DNA of 64,000 bases from Eledone cirrhosa (GCA_964016885.1 OZ024753.1:8804001-8868000); one strand, 5' to 3'; counted from the first letter of the stretch, positions 23,563 through 39,239 are shown. Program-made: numbers and translations. Notes: generated from the letters alone by a model not told the origin.

Positions 23563-26500
23563 CTAGCAGAGGTACCCGGCGTTGCCTGGGAATGAAATTG
23601 TTCCTTATATATTAGAAGAAAAATGATCATCATTTTCTAACAAACACTTTTGAAAGCATGCTTCCCTATAAGTTTCACAAACACAACTGTTTACCCTCCT
23701 CAAATATTGGAATGATTTGGGACCACATACTTCATGTAAAAGGAGCCATAAGTAGTAGCATTCTGCTTGGCTTGGGTGGACACAGTAAACTCTTGCAAGA
23801 GCGTCAGCCCCACGTTTCTTCTTGTGCCATTTATTGTTTCTCCAGGTGTAATACTTGGGTAATTCTAGGTAAAGGAGTTTTCTTGCATCTTCATCTTCTT
23901 GACACAACTTAAAAAGTCAGTTAGGGTAGTTTCTTTTGGAGAAAGTTCTTGTTGCAAGTCTGTTTGTTTTGTAAAGATAACCTTTTGGCTATTTTCTAGA
24001 TGGACACTCGGATGAATGATGGTTGGGTGCCTCTCATGAGTGGGAAAATTGAAGTTGCAGCAAAAAGCCTCATTGCTTCTCATGTATCTTCCTGTCTCAT
24101 ACTGTGCAACTTCATCATTTTTATTTAACTGCTGACTGACATACTGGATAAGAGTGTATGTTGCAGCATCTAAACCATTTTTTATATATTTGCAAACACA
24201 GTTAATAGACTTAACAGAGTTGCAGAATTCAACATTGATATGGGCTTTGAAAGTTTTTGTAAGAAGAGGACAGTAAGGTACAATCCACCAATTGTCAATG
24301 ATGAATTCTTGCTCATTTCTCATTTTTTTTTTTTTTTTTTTGCGAAGGGAATCCACCATGCCCAGATTTTCTTCTGTAAAAGGAGGTAGCCATCTTCTCT
24401 AGTTTGGGTGTCTTATACAGAGGGACGTGGGTAGTTCTTGGTACACTTATTATCCCTCATGGGGAGGATGAATTAATTGAACCACAGGGCCCATGAATCA
24501 TCTTGGACTTGAAAACTTCAGGCAGCAAAAGATCTTGCTGTGGATCAGGCAGTTCAGCTGAGATAGATAAATCGATATCATTTGGCCGAAGTTTTTCCTG
24601 TAACCAAATCAAAATGTGGGTATGTGGCAATCCTTGTTTCTACCAGTCAATTGTGTAAGTGCTACATTTGACTGGTCCAGAGACTTCGCCATTTTTTAGG
24701 AGATCCATCAGCTTTATAACATCCTAGCTATAATATCACGGCTATATTTGGGTTCTTGATGATAATAAAAAAGTTCACTCTTTATTTCATGTCATGTTGG
24801 GTCATATGTGAATGTAATGAGCAGGTCTGGACAACCATAGTGTCTGACATGTGTAAGTGCATCTTGGGTAGGCTCATGCATATACTGTGGACTTCCTGTA
24901 AAGCTTTATGGAAGAATGACACAAAGCTGTCCATTGTTATCAGCAGCCAATCCTCCTTCATTACTGATTGCATCTCTCAGGTGAATGTGATCTGATGCAT
25001 GGAGATCTTTCTGTGTTCTAATGTAAAGAAGCCTTTTTCTCCTTCAATTTTTGCATTCATATCAACTGCAAATTTCTGGAAGAGCTCACGGGAATTATGA
25101 AAAATATTGAAGTTTTGCTCTCTTAATATGAAAAGGTAAGCATAGACTTCTATGCAGCTTACTGTTTTTGACAGTGCAGGAGCTCTTCTTTTAAGATCTG
25201 TTTTTTTTTATATCAAAGTGATATCCATCTTGGCCAAATACACAGATGAATGGATACTGGAGTGCATCATATGATTGGTGGGTTGCATTTATCCGCTGCA
25301 TCTTATTTCATCTTCTTTGAATAATAATATCTCTCTTCACATACTCGCCTGTAATAATTGCTGCTACTTCATTTGCAGTGGGGGGGGAATTGTAGCGGTC
25401 TCTATGTTCAGCAACAGGCTTTTTGTCTGCATCAATAACTATCTTATATTCAGTGGGTGGTGCAGATTCTAATGAATACTTGAAGCTTCTGATGTTGCTA
25501 TTGTTTGCATGTAACATATCTTGCAGATCAAAGATTAACTCTTCTTTCAAATTTGGAAGGTTAAATGATCATTGCAAAGCCTGCTCCTTGTAATTTGCCA
25601 CAAAATATAGCTGTAAAAATTGAGGATTTTTGCCTTCAGTTGGCAACAAATATCCAATACGATAGTACAGTTGACCATGAACTTTAAAAATTGGCTCCAT
25701 GTTCCCTTCTCTTATAATATTGTTTCTACTTTTGGCACAAGGCCAGCAAATACCCAGTGCATTACTGGTACCTTATTTTATCGATCCCGGAAGGATGAAA
25801 GGCAAATTTGGGAAACAGAATTATAATTACCAATGTTTTTCAAGACGTGCATGCTCCTTGATGTGTTTCCTCAAAGCAATGACTTCCAAGTATCTGGGTG
25901 TGTACCAAACGTCGGTAAAACAACCGTTCCTCCACCACAAAACATAGTGGTAGTTTCTCCTTTCCATTTCTTTCCTTTACAAAAACTGCACACTTTTGAC
26001 ATTGCTCCAATACCAATCAATTTCTCTGTAGAATAATCATGTTTTGGGTCATAGTTGAAAGCTGATCTTTTCCAAGTCCCCTTGAAAGGTGCAATTCTTT
26101 TGTCAAACGCATTCAGCCTATCTTGATCAAGACGCTTACGTCTCTCCTCTGAGAATCAGCAAAGTCTTGCAGCACCTGTTTGCTCCCAGTTTTTTTCTTT
26201 GTCTAATCTCTCACTGACCTATTGTCTCATTGGCAACTCTGGCAGCTTGTCTTTGTCTTGCATCCTTTAAACGTTTTTCTCTTTCTTTTCTTGATTCTTG
26301 ACTCCTGTGGATTGCATTTTGTTGAGGTAATTGTTCTAACCGTTTTTCCATTGCCTCTTGTGACTCATTGGTCCTGCGTGCAGCAGCTATCCTCTGGTCG
26401 CTTTCATGTCTTTGCTGTCGTTGTGCAGGGGTCACTAGTGACCTTGCTCTGGCTATCTGTACTCGGCTTTGCTTCACTGTACAATACTGATTATCTACAT

Positions 26501-26964
26501 CTACCCTGTTTCCCCTTGTAGAGAGTGAGAACATCTACCCTGTCTCCCCTTGTAGAGAGTGAGAACATTTATCTTAGAAACTTTTTTGAAAATTAAAATG
26601 GGGATTAAATGAAAAAAAGAGTGAAAGTTACGTGAATATCTTCACAAGAATGATTGAAATAAATGGCCATTGTGGAATGCCACCATAACATTGCTTCTGA
26701 AGTGTTTCTTCGTTAGTTCGGTCTGTAAGTAGCATATGGATAAAAACTGGAGGATAGATTAATTTCAAATAATTGTTTCTACTTTAGGCACAAGGCCAGC
26801 ATATACCCAGTACATTACTGGTACTTTATTTTATCAACCCCGTAAGGATGAAAGGCAAAGTTAACCTTGGCGGGATTTGAACTCATTCAAATAATATCAA
26901 TTTTTCTTTGTTCTGTAAAATCAAAGACTGTAAACCGACTTTATAAAAGCTAATGCAATATAGA
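23563..26964 (-). mobile_element. Decayed Helitron: N-terminal charged region and HUH Rep domain, helicase deleted
   Basis: Rep motif YTIDW*KQGLPHTHILIWL (~24600-24660), IDNWWIVPYCPLL..AHINVE, GRY..SNEA, VHLEN.Q, YYLWLLL..V.GP.SF. The 3' end is hairpin CCCAGGCAACGCCGGG then CTAG|T at 23563. The 5' A|TC end at ~26964 is tentative. SINE B pieces are inserted at ~25716 and ~26770. Confidence 0.9.
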
Positions 26965-27120
26965 TCAAAAGATCTATAGTTTAAGCCGTTTCTAGACTTT
27001 TGTGGGATGTTACTCTCTCTATCTATCTATCTATCTCTATCTCCGAATATCTAACATAATTGTATCTCTCTCTATATATAACGGCCTCTATCTCTCTCTG
27101 CCTCTCTCTCATATAATAAG

Positions 27121-27283
27121 TAATTGTTTCTACTTTCGGCACAAGGCCAGCAATTACCCAGTACATTACTGGTACTTTATTTTATCAACCTCGTAAGGAT
27201 GAAAGGCAAAGTTAACCTCGGCGGGATTTGAACTCAGATCGTAAAGGGATGCAACCCTCTACCAATTCTGTCAATCCACCGCC
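27121..27283 (-). mobile_element. SINE B with TSD
   Basis: Flanked by CTCATATAATAAGTAAT on both sides. Confidence 0.85.
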
Positions 27284-28077
27284 CTCATATAATAAGTAAT
27301 GTTGGGATTATAGCTTTAACCCTGTGGCTAACACATATTTTTACACAGGTAAAATAATTATAATTTCCTTTTCATATCTCCTGGTGAATTCATACTAATT
27401 TTAAAAAAGGAAATTTTTATTAAATTAAAATTAGAAAAAAATTCGTTTCTCAGATGTATATTTGTAAAACATGTTAACAATTAAAAAATACTGGAATATC
27501 TATTTATAAGGGAGGGGTAAGAAAATGGTGACAAAAAAAAAAAAAATGCACCCAGTTATATAATATAATTTATATAATTTATATACTAAAATCATTGTAC
27601 ATCTATTAAACTACTGCATAACTGTTGCTGTGCTGTCTTATATATTAGTATATATAGTAATTATTTTACATTGAAGACTGATAACTTTCGTTTACATTTA
27701 TCTAAAACGTTTCCTTAGATTTATATTTTAATTTTGTCTCTAGAGTTGTAATCTATTCATTTTAATATCTATAACTGCTAACTTTTAATAGAAAAATTAT
27801 ACATAATTAAGATATTTATTAAAAAGACGAAATCCATTCAGGAGTGTCATACTATTTACTGTACATACTCAAATATATGCTGATATCACTTATTTTAAAT
27901 ATAGCTTTATTAAATAGTTTATTTAGTAAGAAAAAAATAAAGAAAAAGGGGAAACAAAAGGAAGGAAAGAAAGAATAGGGAGATATAGAGAAAAAAGAAA
28001 AAGAACGGGAAAAGGAGGGGATGGCAAGAGCTCTGGTGTCGCAGAAGAGAAGTGAGGGGGGTGATTGGACTTTGGGC

Positions 28078-28265
28078 CTAGGGAAAGAGGGCAGAAGTGC
28101 TGCGCTCCACGGACAAGAGAGCGAAAGATTTCCCCCGGACAATGGCCAATGACACCTGCTGCGACATCCACCCAACCTCGTGGGGCTCCTTACTCAGATG
28201 GGCCGCTGACACTTCGATCTTGCGGAAGAGTTCGGCAGTACTGGGTCTTGTCTGAGAATTGGGGA
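28078..28265 (-). pseudogene. 3' end of a CRE-like (restriction-like endonuclease) non-LTR retrotransposon
   Basis: PSTAELFRKI...KEPHEVGWMSQQVSLAIVRGKSFALL resembles the terminal E..(W/F)L.QRLS.AI.RGNA motif of CRE-clade ORFs; locally GC-rich. Confidence 0.55.
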
Positions 28266-28565
28266 AAAAATCCAAACCCTGTTTATAAGCCGAGTTTAGA
28301 TGGCACCACCATCATCATCATCATCATCATTTAATGTCCATCTTCCACGCTAGCATGGGTTGGACGGATTTGTTCCACTTGAGACAAGATTGGTCGGGTG
28401 ACCGTGTCTCGCTTGTAAAGAAATGTTTCTGGTAACTTTTCTACGGGTGGATGCCCTTCCTAACACCAACCACATTTACAGTGTGGACTGGGTGCTTTTT
28501 GTCGTGTCACCTACACGACCACTTCACAGTGGACGGAAGTAGGAGTAGGGGGTGTGGGGCATATA

Positions 28566-28719
28566 CAGGTAAAATTCCGTTATAACGAATTTTTCAGTAT
28601 AACAAATTTTTTTCTATCCCCGGCCACACGCTCTGTGTTAGGTCACTCATTATAAAGAATTTTTCTTTACAACAAATTTTTTTATACCCCGTAGATTTCG
28701 TTATAACGGAATTTCACTG
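28566..28719. mobile_element. pogo/Tigger-like MITE (TA target duplication)
   Basis: TA|CAGGTAAAATTCCGTTATAACGAA ... TTCGTTATAACGGAATTTCACTG|TA. Confidence 0.8.
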
Positions 28720-28993
28720 TATATAACACCTGCTTTAAATGGCATATATAAGTCAACTCTTGCCACCTCCATTTTACTATCGATTTTAACGTCGTATATT
28801 CCTTGGCTTATATTTGAGTATATATTGTAAATTAATTTGTGGGCGGTTGGAGAATGCTGTCACACATCACCACTAAGGAGCGCTGGGGTTTCCCTCTAAT
28901 AATTTATCTTCATTTTAATTAATTACATATAAAGTAACATACCAAGCAACCAACAATTTTTTTTATTATGATATGCAACAATGACTATTATTA

Positions 28994-29152
28994 CAGATAA
29001 AGTTCCATTATAACAAATTTTTCAATATAACGAAATTTGTTCAATCCCCAGCCACACACTTGATGTGTTAGGTCGATCTCATTATAAAGAATTTTTCATT
29101 ATAGCAAATTTCTTTTATACCCCGCGAATTTCGTTATAATGGAATTTCACTT
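28994..29152. mobile_element. Second copy of the pogo/Tigger-like MITE
   Basis: Colinear similarity to 28566-28719. Confidence 0.75.
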
Positions 29153-29399
29153 TATATATAATTAATAAGGGTTCTGGAGTGACAGTATGAGTAGAGCGTT
29201 CGACAACATGCTTTGCGGCACAGATTTACGGCCCTTTACGTTCTGAGTTAAAATCCATCCAAGGTTAACTTTGCCTTTCATCCTTATGAGATCGATCGAT
29301 AAAATAAAGTACCAGTAACACATTGGGCATGATTTCATCTTCATCATCCGGCGCCCTCAACCAAAACGGACTCAACAATTGATCGGGGGGCGGGGGGGG

Positions 29400-29812
29400 T
29401 GTCTGTCGTTGGTTGCCATTGCCATCCTGGATTTCAATACCAGAATCTCTGGAGATTACATCAGGATAGGAGAGCTTGTGACCCCTGTTATTAGTGACTG
29501 CTTGTGGTTTCCAAAGCACTAATGGAGACAGCCTCATAGTGGCACAATGGCAGTGGCCAACAAATCTTAATCTCCTTTTACGTACAACGACAGATATGCG
29601 TGGGAGGCCGGCATATATCCCTCTCAAAGTCAGATGTCGCTAGCTTATGTTCTGAATGTGTCAAAGCAGGCGAGTGTAGGTGCCATCAAGGCGCTTTTGT
29701 TGTTTGGATGAAAGCGTCCCTGTTTCACTTCTATATAGCAAGAGTGATTGAATTGTTACTTGGAAGAGTCTGATCTTGGGGTGGCTGGAAAGATTTGAGC
29801 ACCAAACTTGAT
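29400..29812 (-). mobile_element. RTE-clade LINE 3' fragment (second family)
   Basis: KIRLFQVTIQSLLLYRSET..RLDGTYTRLL..RRLRFVGHCH..LVLWKP; related 3' end at 35760-35975. Confidence 0.85.
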
Positions 29813-31168
29813 TTAATTGACTTTCCCCTCCCCCAAAGTTGCTGACCTTCTGCCTAAATCAGAAACCATAATATATCATAAATATACTTTCAGTACTGAA
29901 TCCCAGGAGAAAGAAATAGAAAGTCACTCCATGAAGTTTGAACTTTGAATGTAAGTACATGCTGTAAGGCATTTTCTATCAGTTCTGACACCAAGCAACA
30001 ACTTCTTACCATCTTCTTATTCTATTATCATTAAAAAGTCAGACAGATGGACAAGAACACAAAAGTGTCAGTATAGCCACAAGTAAAGTAAATTGATCAT
30101 AGAAGTTAACAAGATGAGATAGCTTCAGACTAGATTTTACTAACTAATAAACTAGCAAGAAAGTTTTCTAACATTGACAATTTCTCTACTGAAAATTTCA
30201 GTTCAGCATAACCAATATCCTTATATTATTAGGGGAAAAAGATGAAGAAATAATCATGAATTCACAGTGTCTTGGTAAAAGCTTAATAATATTTTCTTGT
30301 AGAAAATAAAGATCTTTCTTGTGGCAATGCCGGCAGCAAAAAGAAAATCTAGTTCTGTACGGAAAATAATGCTTTCTATTCTATTAGTCAATAACCATAT
30401 ATTTAATAGTCTTGCTTTTTATTTTTCTATTTTGGGTTCGGAAATTTTGAAAGTGAAATACAAGAGTGGTGCCAAAAGCATTAGTTTTAAATATTATTTA
30501 TCAGTATTAGATAAGAAATGATAATAATAATGATGATAATATTAATAATAATAACAATAATAATAATAATAATAATAATGAAGAAAGAAAAAGAGAATAG
30601 AAAATAAAATTATTGAAACAAAATATATATTCGTGGTATGGACAGAGCATTAAAACTAGGGTTAGATTAATAACTTTAAACAAGTTATCTTGTAGAATTA
30701 TAATATAATTGAATGAAATCTAGTTGTCAAGTTTTTAAAAAAGTTTTTTTTTTAAATCATCGAAACTTAATAAAATTCTTTCATGACAGCCACTTTTTTC
30801 CAAGACAAACATACTGCTTCCTGAATAAATTAGTGTTGTTCTATTTATACATTTTTCCTGGCATACCCTGGCTTGCTTTCTTTCTTTCAGGAAATCCTTG
30901 TACAATCATAAGTTTCGTTTTTATAATATAATACATTTTTTTTTTAAATTATATAAATTTTACTAAAAGGTTGTTGACTTGTTAGTATTCTAATATTTAT
31001 TTTGTGTGTGATTTGATTGTATAACAAAATAATTGTTGCAGTGTTTGACCAAATATAAACTATAAATTAGTCCTTGGTTTAATTTCTGAGAATGTTTTAC
31101 AAAACCCTGCTTAACCAATGAAGATATGGCAAACTTTGCTCTGATAAGAAAGGAAAAAAACCTATATA

Positions 31169-31320
31169 CCATATTTCTCGGCGTCAAAGACGCTACTTTT
31201 TTTCTAAAATAAGTCTCAAAAATCTGCCATATGTCCTGGAGGCCAAAGATTGTTTATCATTTTTTTTTCAAATTTTTGGTTCTCAAAATTAGAGTGCGTC
31301 TTCGGTGCCAGGAAATACGG
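31169..31320. mobile_element. Tc2/pogo-like MITE
   Basis: TA|CCATATTTCTCGGCGTC ... GGTGCCAGGAAATACGG|TA; relative at 40186-40349, partial copies at ~20188 and ~31490-31578. Confidence 0.8.
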
Positions 31321-33427
31321 TATATTTAATCTTCAAAAATGTTCATTAAGTAATTGAAATAAAAGTAGAATGTATTTCAAAAGGAATATGGTCATGAAAG
31401 GGTTAAGGAATCTCTCAAAAAGAATCTGATCTGATTTGTTTACAGACATTTTGTTTGGCTTTTAGAGGAATTCACAGAAAGTTGAAGGTTGTTTATTATT
31501 TTCTTTTCAAATTTTTGGTTGTCAGAATTAGGGTGCATCCTCGAGGACGAAGAGTCTTTGGCACCAGGAAATTATGGTAAGTGACAAAGGTCAATAACAT
31601 TTAGTTCCTCTTACTCATCTTGGAATAATCACTTCTCTCCTCCTCCTTCTTCCTCACTTGAGAGGGTCATGGGGAAGAGTCCTCAAACACTCTTCCAGCA
31701 GGTCCTGTCAGAAGCAGCCATCACCAATTGATCCAGCTGGACCCCACCAAAAGAGACCAGCCAAGCTCATAGATGTTATCCAAACATCTTGCTCAGGGCC
31801 TACCCCTGAATTTCCTGACAGTTGATTTTTGCTTGTAAAATCTGTCCAGCAATTTTTTTTTTGAAACATTCTAACCACATGTCTGTAATATCAGAGCTGT
31901 GATCTCTCAATTGAGAGAATCAATAAAAAAAACAACAAAAAAAAAAAACTGAGCTATTAAAGGGTTATATGAATAATAATTATTGATTATATAATGTTGA
32001 TTCAATATTAAAATAACATGTCAGTTAAGCAAAGTTATATTATCATACTGTTTACAACAAACACTCTTTTCTATCTCAAAATAAGAACAACATATTGTAT
32101 AGTGGAGTTGTAGATACTCTATACCCAAGAAAAATAAGATAATCAGAGTTAGGATAACTTTGATAATAGTTCTGTTGAGTCAAGACAGAACCTCAACAAA
32201 ATAAATCAATATTTCATGAATTGATACATTACAAGGGGTCTGTTGAAAAGTTCTTAGGCTGGAAAGAAACAATGAAGTTATTAGTAAGAAGATTTGAAAT
32301 TAATTCATGCAAGATTTCCCAGCTCTAGCATTAATCCTTCATAGTCAGCTAATGAACTTTTTAGCCTAGCCTACCCATGTAATGTTGCAGGAGACCCAGA
32401 GGGAGAGCCCCAAAATGGTTGTATAACATCCATGAGCTTGGCTGGTCTCGCTTGGGGATCCAGTCAGATAAATTGTAGATGGTTGCTTCTGACAGGATTC
32501 ACTGGAAGGTGTGTTTGAGGACTCTGCCTCCATGACTCTCTCAGGAATAAGTAGGTGAAGAAGGAGGAGGCGGAGGAGAAGAAGAAGTTATATATTCATA
32601 ATTCTATTTTCAATTTAAAAAAAATACTTATTTTGACCAGTCAAATTTAACATACCTACTTTTCGGTATACTTTCAACCAGGCATGTGAAACATGTGGAG
32701 GTTTTTACAGTGCGAGCATGTTTTATATTTGTAATACAAAATTAAAAAATATAGTTGTAATGTGCACAATTAGTTGCCATGTGTGACCCTCAGACAACAC
32801 ATATGTGACTCATGTGACCCTTGGGGGACCCTCAGTTTGACATACCTGCTTTCAATCATCCTTCAACACCAATATTTTATCTGTAAAATATTTTAGTTTA
32901 GAAAATGATAACCACCAATTTACAATGTTTATGCAATCCTCAGCAAATAATTTACTCTAGATGACATTTTATGATATTTCAACATTGAACAGAAAATATG
33001 AATGATTATAATTATCAATGCATATAATTAATATTTTCAAAACCAAATGTACCTGGAATTGGAGAATAGTTACTTCCCAATAATGACTTATTAAGTTAAG
33101 GCTCTGTAGTGAAAGTTGTATATGTGTGTTTGCATCATTTTCAAATCAACGATGCATAGGCAATGCCAATTGCACATGCCAAGTAGAATAGACATTCATC
33201 AAGTTAATTGGTAACTCTAGAACAAGACTGGGAATTTCAACTTCAGTAAATTTCCACACGGTATTAAAGTTTACAAATAAGCAAAGTGTAGTTCTGAATT
33301 ATCAGCTCACAGCATACCATATCCTAATCTGGAACACATAGACATCTAATACACGCAAGAAGAGAACCATGACTGTCTAAATCTAATTGAAAATAAAAGT
33401 AAATCTTGAACAAGAGATGGCTGCTTT

Positions 33428-33972
33428 ATTTTAGATAGACTGTAGATATTAGAGTTAAGGAAATGCTGTGACCTTGATAATAAAACAGGTTTCAATATCA
33501 AACCTGCCATTGATTTAAGGTCAATGTAATTGTTGATATATTTTAGATAGACTGTAGATATTAGAGTTAAGGAAATGCTGTGACCTTGATAATAAAACGG
33601 GTTTCAATATCAAACCTGCCATTGATTTAAGGTCAATGTAATTGTTGATATATTTTAGATAGACTGTAGATATTAGAGCTAAGAAAATGCTGTGACCTTG
33701 ATAATAAAACAGGTTTCAATATTAAACCTGCCATTGATTTAAGGTCAATGTAATTGTTGATATATTTTAGATAGACTGTAGATATTAGAGCTAAGAAAAT
33801 GCTGTGACCTTGATAATAAAACAGGTTTCAATATTAAACCTGCCATTGATTTAAGGTCAATGTAATTGTTGATATATTTTAGATAGACTGTAGATATTAG
33901 AGCTAAGAAAATGTCATGACCTTGATAATAAAGCAGGGTTCAATATTAAACCTGCAATTGATTTAAGGTCAA
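33428..33972. repeat. 112-bp minisatellite, nearly 5 copies
   Basis: AGATAGACTGTAGATATTAGAG recurs at 33433, 33545, 33657 and onward. Confidence 0.95.
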
Positions 33973-35759
33973 TAAATCTGCTGATTCAATGGCAGAAGGT
34001 TGATATTGATTTTCTATTGATTTTCTATTGATTTACTGTTACAATATCAATGTGGCACTTCAATGTTGATTGAATGTATAATCAATATTGAAATGTTAGT
34101 TGACATTCAATACTAAATTAGTCATATATTAACATTAATTATATTGAAGCCCATGTAACATATGGATTCAACAGCAGAATTCAATGTAAATCTTTAATTT
34201 TAAAGTTAATAAATCATAGTTCTTTGCTGGTGTCACATGACAGTTAAGCAGTGAATGGTTACATATGTATGGATGGATTCGTAATTGCTGGTGGAATTGT
34301 AGGAATGTTAAAGTAACATTTTAAACATGGCAGAGACCAACACCTTTCCATAACTGAACAATTTCTTCCAGAGTCCTGAGAAGCAGAGAGAGAGAGAGAG
34401 ATTGTATGTGTTAGAGAGAAAGTGGGAAAGAGATATAGAGCAAAAATCAACCCTGTTATTGCACTGGTACTTTTTTTTATTGATCTCGAAAGGATTAAAG
34501 GCAAATTTGAACTCAGGGCAGATTTGAATTTGGGGTACAGAGAGCCCAAATGAATACTGCAAAGAATTCTATTTGATGTTGTAATGACTCTACCAATTCA
34601 CTGCTTAGTGGATGGTTAACCAAAGTTAAAATGGCTACCAGGTTCCATTTTCCCACATCTTGCGATATGAATCTTAGACTAATTATTTATTTGAAATAAC
34701 TAAGTAGTGAACAGTTGACCTACGACACAGCACCATGTACAAACATCTTTTATAAAAGCTGTGTTAGTGTAATTTGGTAGATGGAAATAACATGGAAGCC
34801 TGTCATAGGAACCGTTTCTATATTTACTCTTTTACTTTATTACATGCAAGATTTCATTGCACTAGCATCAATCCTTCATAATCAGCTTATGAACTTTTCA
34901 GCCAACCCTCGTATATACACACATGTGTATATGTAGGTGTGTTCTTATTTATCAGTGGAGCGTGGTTTTAGAAAGAGACAGACAGATAAATAAATGGATA
35001 TATATATATATATAGATGAATAGATAAATAGAAGGGGAGATAGATGGATAGACACACAATCTTGGTCAATAGCCAGCTTACTTTGCTGAAACATCATAAC
35101 CATGCTGTAAGAAATTCGATAAATAAAAGTATATATATTCCATTATCAATACAGAGATCTGCTTCCCTTGTGGACTAACAAGAACACTAGATCTGATCAT
35201 ATATATATATATATATATATGTAAATGTATGTATATATATATGTATGTATATATGTATATCATCAGCATTGTTTAACATCTATCTTCCAAGCTAGCATGG
35301 GTGTATATATATCATCATCATCGTTTAACATCCATCTTCCACGCTAGCATGGGTTTAGACGGGAATTGTCCCACGTGAGGCAAGATTGGTTGTCTTGCTC
35401 GCATAGGACTGTCTGGCGGGTTTTCTGCGGCTGGATGCCCTTCCTAACACCAACCACATTTACAGTGTGGACTGGGAGGTTTTTACCGTGTTACCTACAC
35501 GGCCACATTACAGCGTGGACTGTGTGTTTTTTTTTGTCGTGACACCTACAGGACCTCATTTATTTAGGACTGGATGTTGTGGTACCAACATAACATTACA
35601 TTGGAAGGGGTGGTGTGGATGGGGTGGGGGTAGTGGGACGGGGTGTATTTTTGTTAGAGGTGCCTACTGACTGTAGGTTTCGCTTTGTACTTAGGCAAGG
35701 CGGGTCTTCTGTATTACTGTGTATATATATATATATATATATATATCATCATCATCATC

Positions 35760-35975
35760 ACTCGTCGACTACTGTCGAGATGATGCATCTCACTCTCATG
35801 CCCCAGAATCCCCTGTCCCCCATCGCTGGCCCCAGGTCCTGTCTGCTGATTCCCGTATCCCTAGAGATAACGTCAGGGAATGACAGCTTCCTACTCCTAG
35901 TCAGGCTGGAGTCAGGGTTCCAGAGCAAGAGAGCGGATATGATTTCATTGCTGGCACGGTGACAGTGGCCAGCAA
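35760..35975 (-). mobile_element. RTE 3' terminal fragment with (GAT)n tail
   Basis: FAGHCHRASNEIISALLLWNP..RKLSFPDVISRDTG. Confidence 0.8.
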
Positions 35976-35989
35976 ATTGAGCATTATAT

Positions 35990-36163
35990 ATAATTGTTTC
36001 TACTTTTGGCACAAGGCCAGCAATTATCCCAGTGTATTACTGGTACTTTATTTTATCGACCCCTTAAGGATGAAAGGCAAAGTTAACCTCGGCGGGTTTT
36101 GAACTCAGTACGTAAAGGGACGTAACTGTCCGACCCTCTACCGATACTGCCAATCCACCGCCC
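35990..36163 (-). mobile_element. SINE B with TSD
   Basis: TTGAGCATTATATATAATT on both flanks. Confidence 0.9.
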
Positions 36164-36384
36164 TTTGAGCATTATATATAATTATATATAATGTTGACCA
36201 GTTCACCTTTTCAGGTAGTGATTTCAATGCTCAGAGAGTGGGATTGGTCGAGTGCAAAGCCTTTCCCCACTTAAAAAAACCTTCAAAGCACAGGCGTTGC
36301 TTGTTCAGGATAAGTTTAAAAGTGCACCCTTTTCTGTAATCTGACAAACGATTGCAATACTCTTAGCAGAGTTTGCAGCCATCA

Positions 36385-37474
<1,090 letters not shown>

Positions 37475-38219
37475 ATAGAATCAGGAAAAAAGATAACTAT
37501 CTATGAATGGCAAGTATAACTGATGAATGGAGACCCCCCCCACCCCATCCCATCCAACACTCACACACATACCCCCCCCCATCCCATCCAACACTCACAC
37601 ACATACCCCCCCCCCCACACACACACACATTACAAATTGATAAATGGATATTAAATAAAAACAATTAATGCATTTTCTAATATAAAAAAATCGAACAGTA
37701 TCAAGAACAACAGTGAAATCTCATCTATTATGTAAAATACGTCTTGTCATACAGTTAACCCCCATCATCTTATTGACCTGTAGTTGTGTTTAATATCAAA
37801 CCAACAAACTATATTTTTGTGAATATTTTCTAGGAGATTCCATTCCTTATTTGGTATTCAATAGAAATATATATTTTATTTATTTATATATTTATTTACT
37901 TTATTTTTTAATTTATTTATTTATATATATATATATTTATAATTTATATATTTATATATATATATATATATATATATTTATTTATTTTATTTATTTATAT
38001 ATTTATTTTTTATTTTACCCTAAATAAATCATATTTATTTAAAAGTGTTTCTTCACCAGAGAAAATGTCTTTCTCACTGATAAAATTCTGCCTGGTTAGC
38101 TTGAAACCATCATTTGACATGAAGTAGAAATTTTCTACTGCATGTGTTGAATGAATGATACAAGGTATTAATAAATCTTATATGAGTATCTTTAGTGTAA
38201 CTTCACTTAATAGAGAGCG

Positions 38220-39030
38220 AAGCTTGGAGATCAGAAAGTTTCTCCAAGTAGAGCAACTATTTCTCTGAATTAAGAGATCATAGCTCCAAAACTATGGACA
38301 TGTGGTTGGAAATAGGTTCCTCGAAAGTGTCTTTGAAACAACATTACTTGATAAACTATGTAGCTTGGAGATCAGAAAGTTGTTCCAGGTAGAGCAACTA
38401 CTTCTCTGAATAAAGAGATCATAGCACCAAAACTATGGATATGTGGTTGGAAATAGGTTCCTCGAAAGTGTCTTTGAAACAACATTACTTGATAAACTAT
38501 GTAGCTTGGAGATGAGAGGATTCTCCAGGTAGAGCAACTACTTCTCTGAATAAAGAGATCATAGCACCAAAACTATGGATATGTGGTTGGAAATAGGTTC
38601 CTCGAAAGTGTCTTTGAAACAACATTACTTGATAAACTATGTAGCTTGGAGATGAGACGATTCTCCAGGTAGAGCAACTACTTCTCTGAATAAAGAGATC
38701 ATAGCTCCAAAACTATGGACATGTGGTTGGAAATAGGTTCCTCGAAAGTGTCTTTGAAGTAATGTTACTCAATATATTGCATAGCATGGAGATCAGAGTG
38801 TTGCTCAAAGTAGGCCAGCTACTTCTCTGAATTTAGAGATCACAGCTCCGATATTACATACATGTGGTTAGAAGGTCTCAGGAAAGAATCGCAGGATGTT
38901 TATTATAGGCAGAGCCAACAGGCAGGAAACCCAGTGGTAGACCCCATGCAAGATGTACATCCAAGACCTTGCTTGGGGATTTGCTGGAAGGAATGTTTGA
39001 GGGCTTTGCTCCCAATCACCTTTCAGGAAT
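38220..39030 (+). repeat. ~140-bp tandem repeat (4-5 units) derived from a dispersed repeat
   Basis: AGCTTGGAGAT at 38221, 38362, 38503 and 38643; single dispersed relatives at ~13400-13620, ~31660-31920 and ~32380-32550. Confidence 0.9.
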
Positions 39031-39239
39031 ATGTGGGTAAACAAGAAGGATCATCTTGGTCAATCCATCAGATCTTGTTACATGATCATACCATCTCATT
39101 TTTATTTTCTGTACAGTGGTTAGCAGGTTTTCATAGTTGCCCAAATGTTGCATCTGATTTCAAATGTCAGTATGTTCCCTTTGTAATTCTGCTGTGAATG
39201 TTGACAGATATTCAAGCTGGATCACTAAACTCTATTAAT

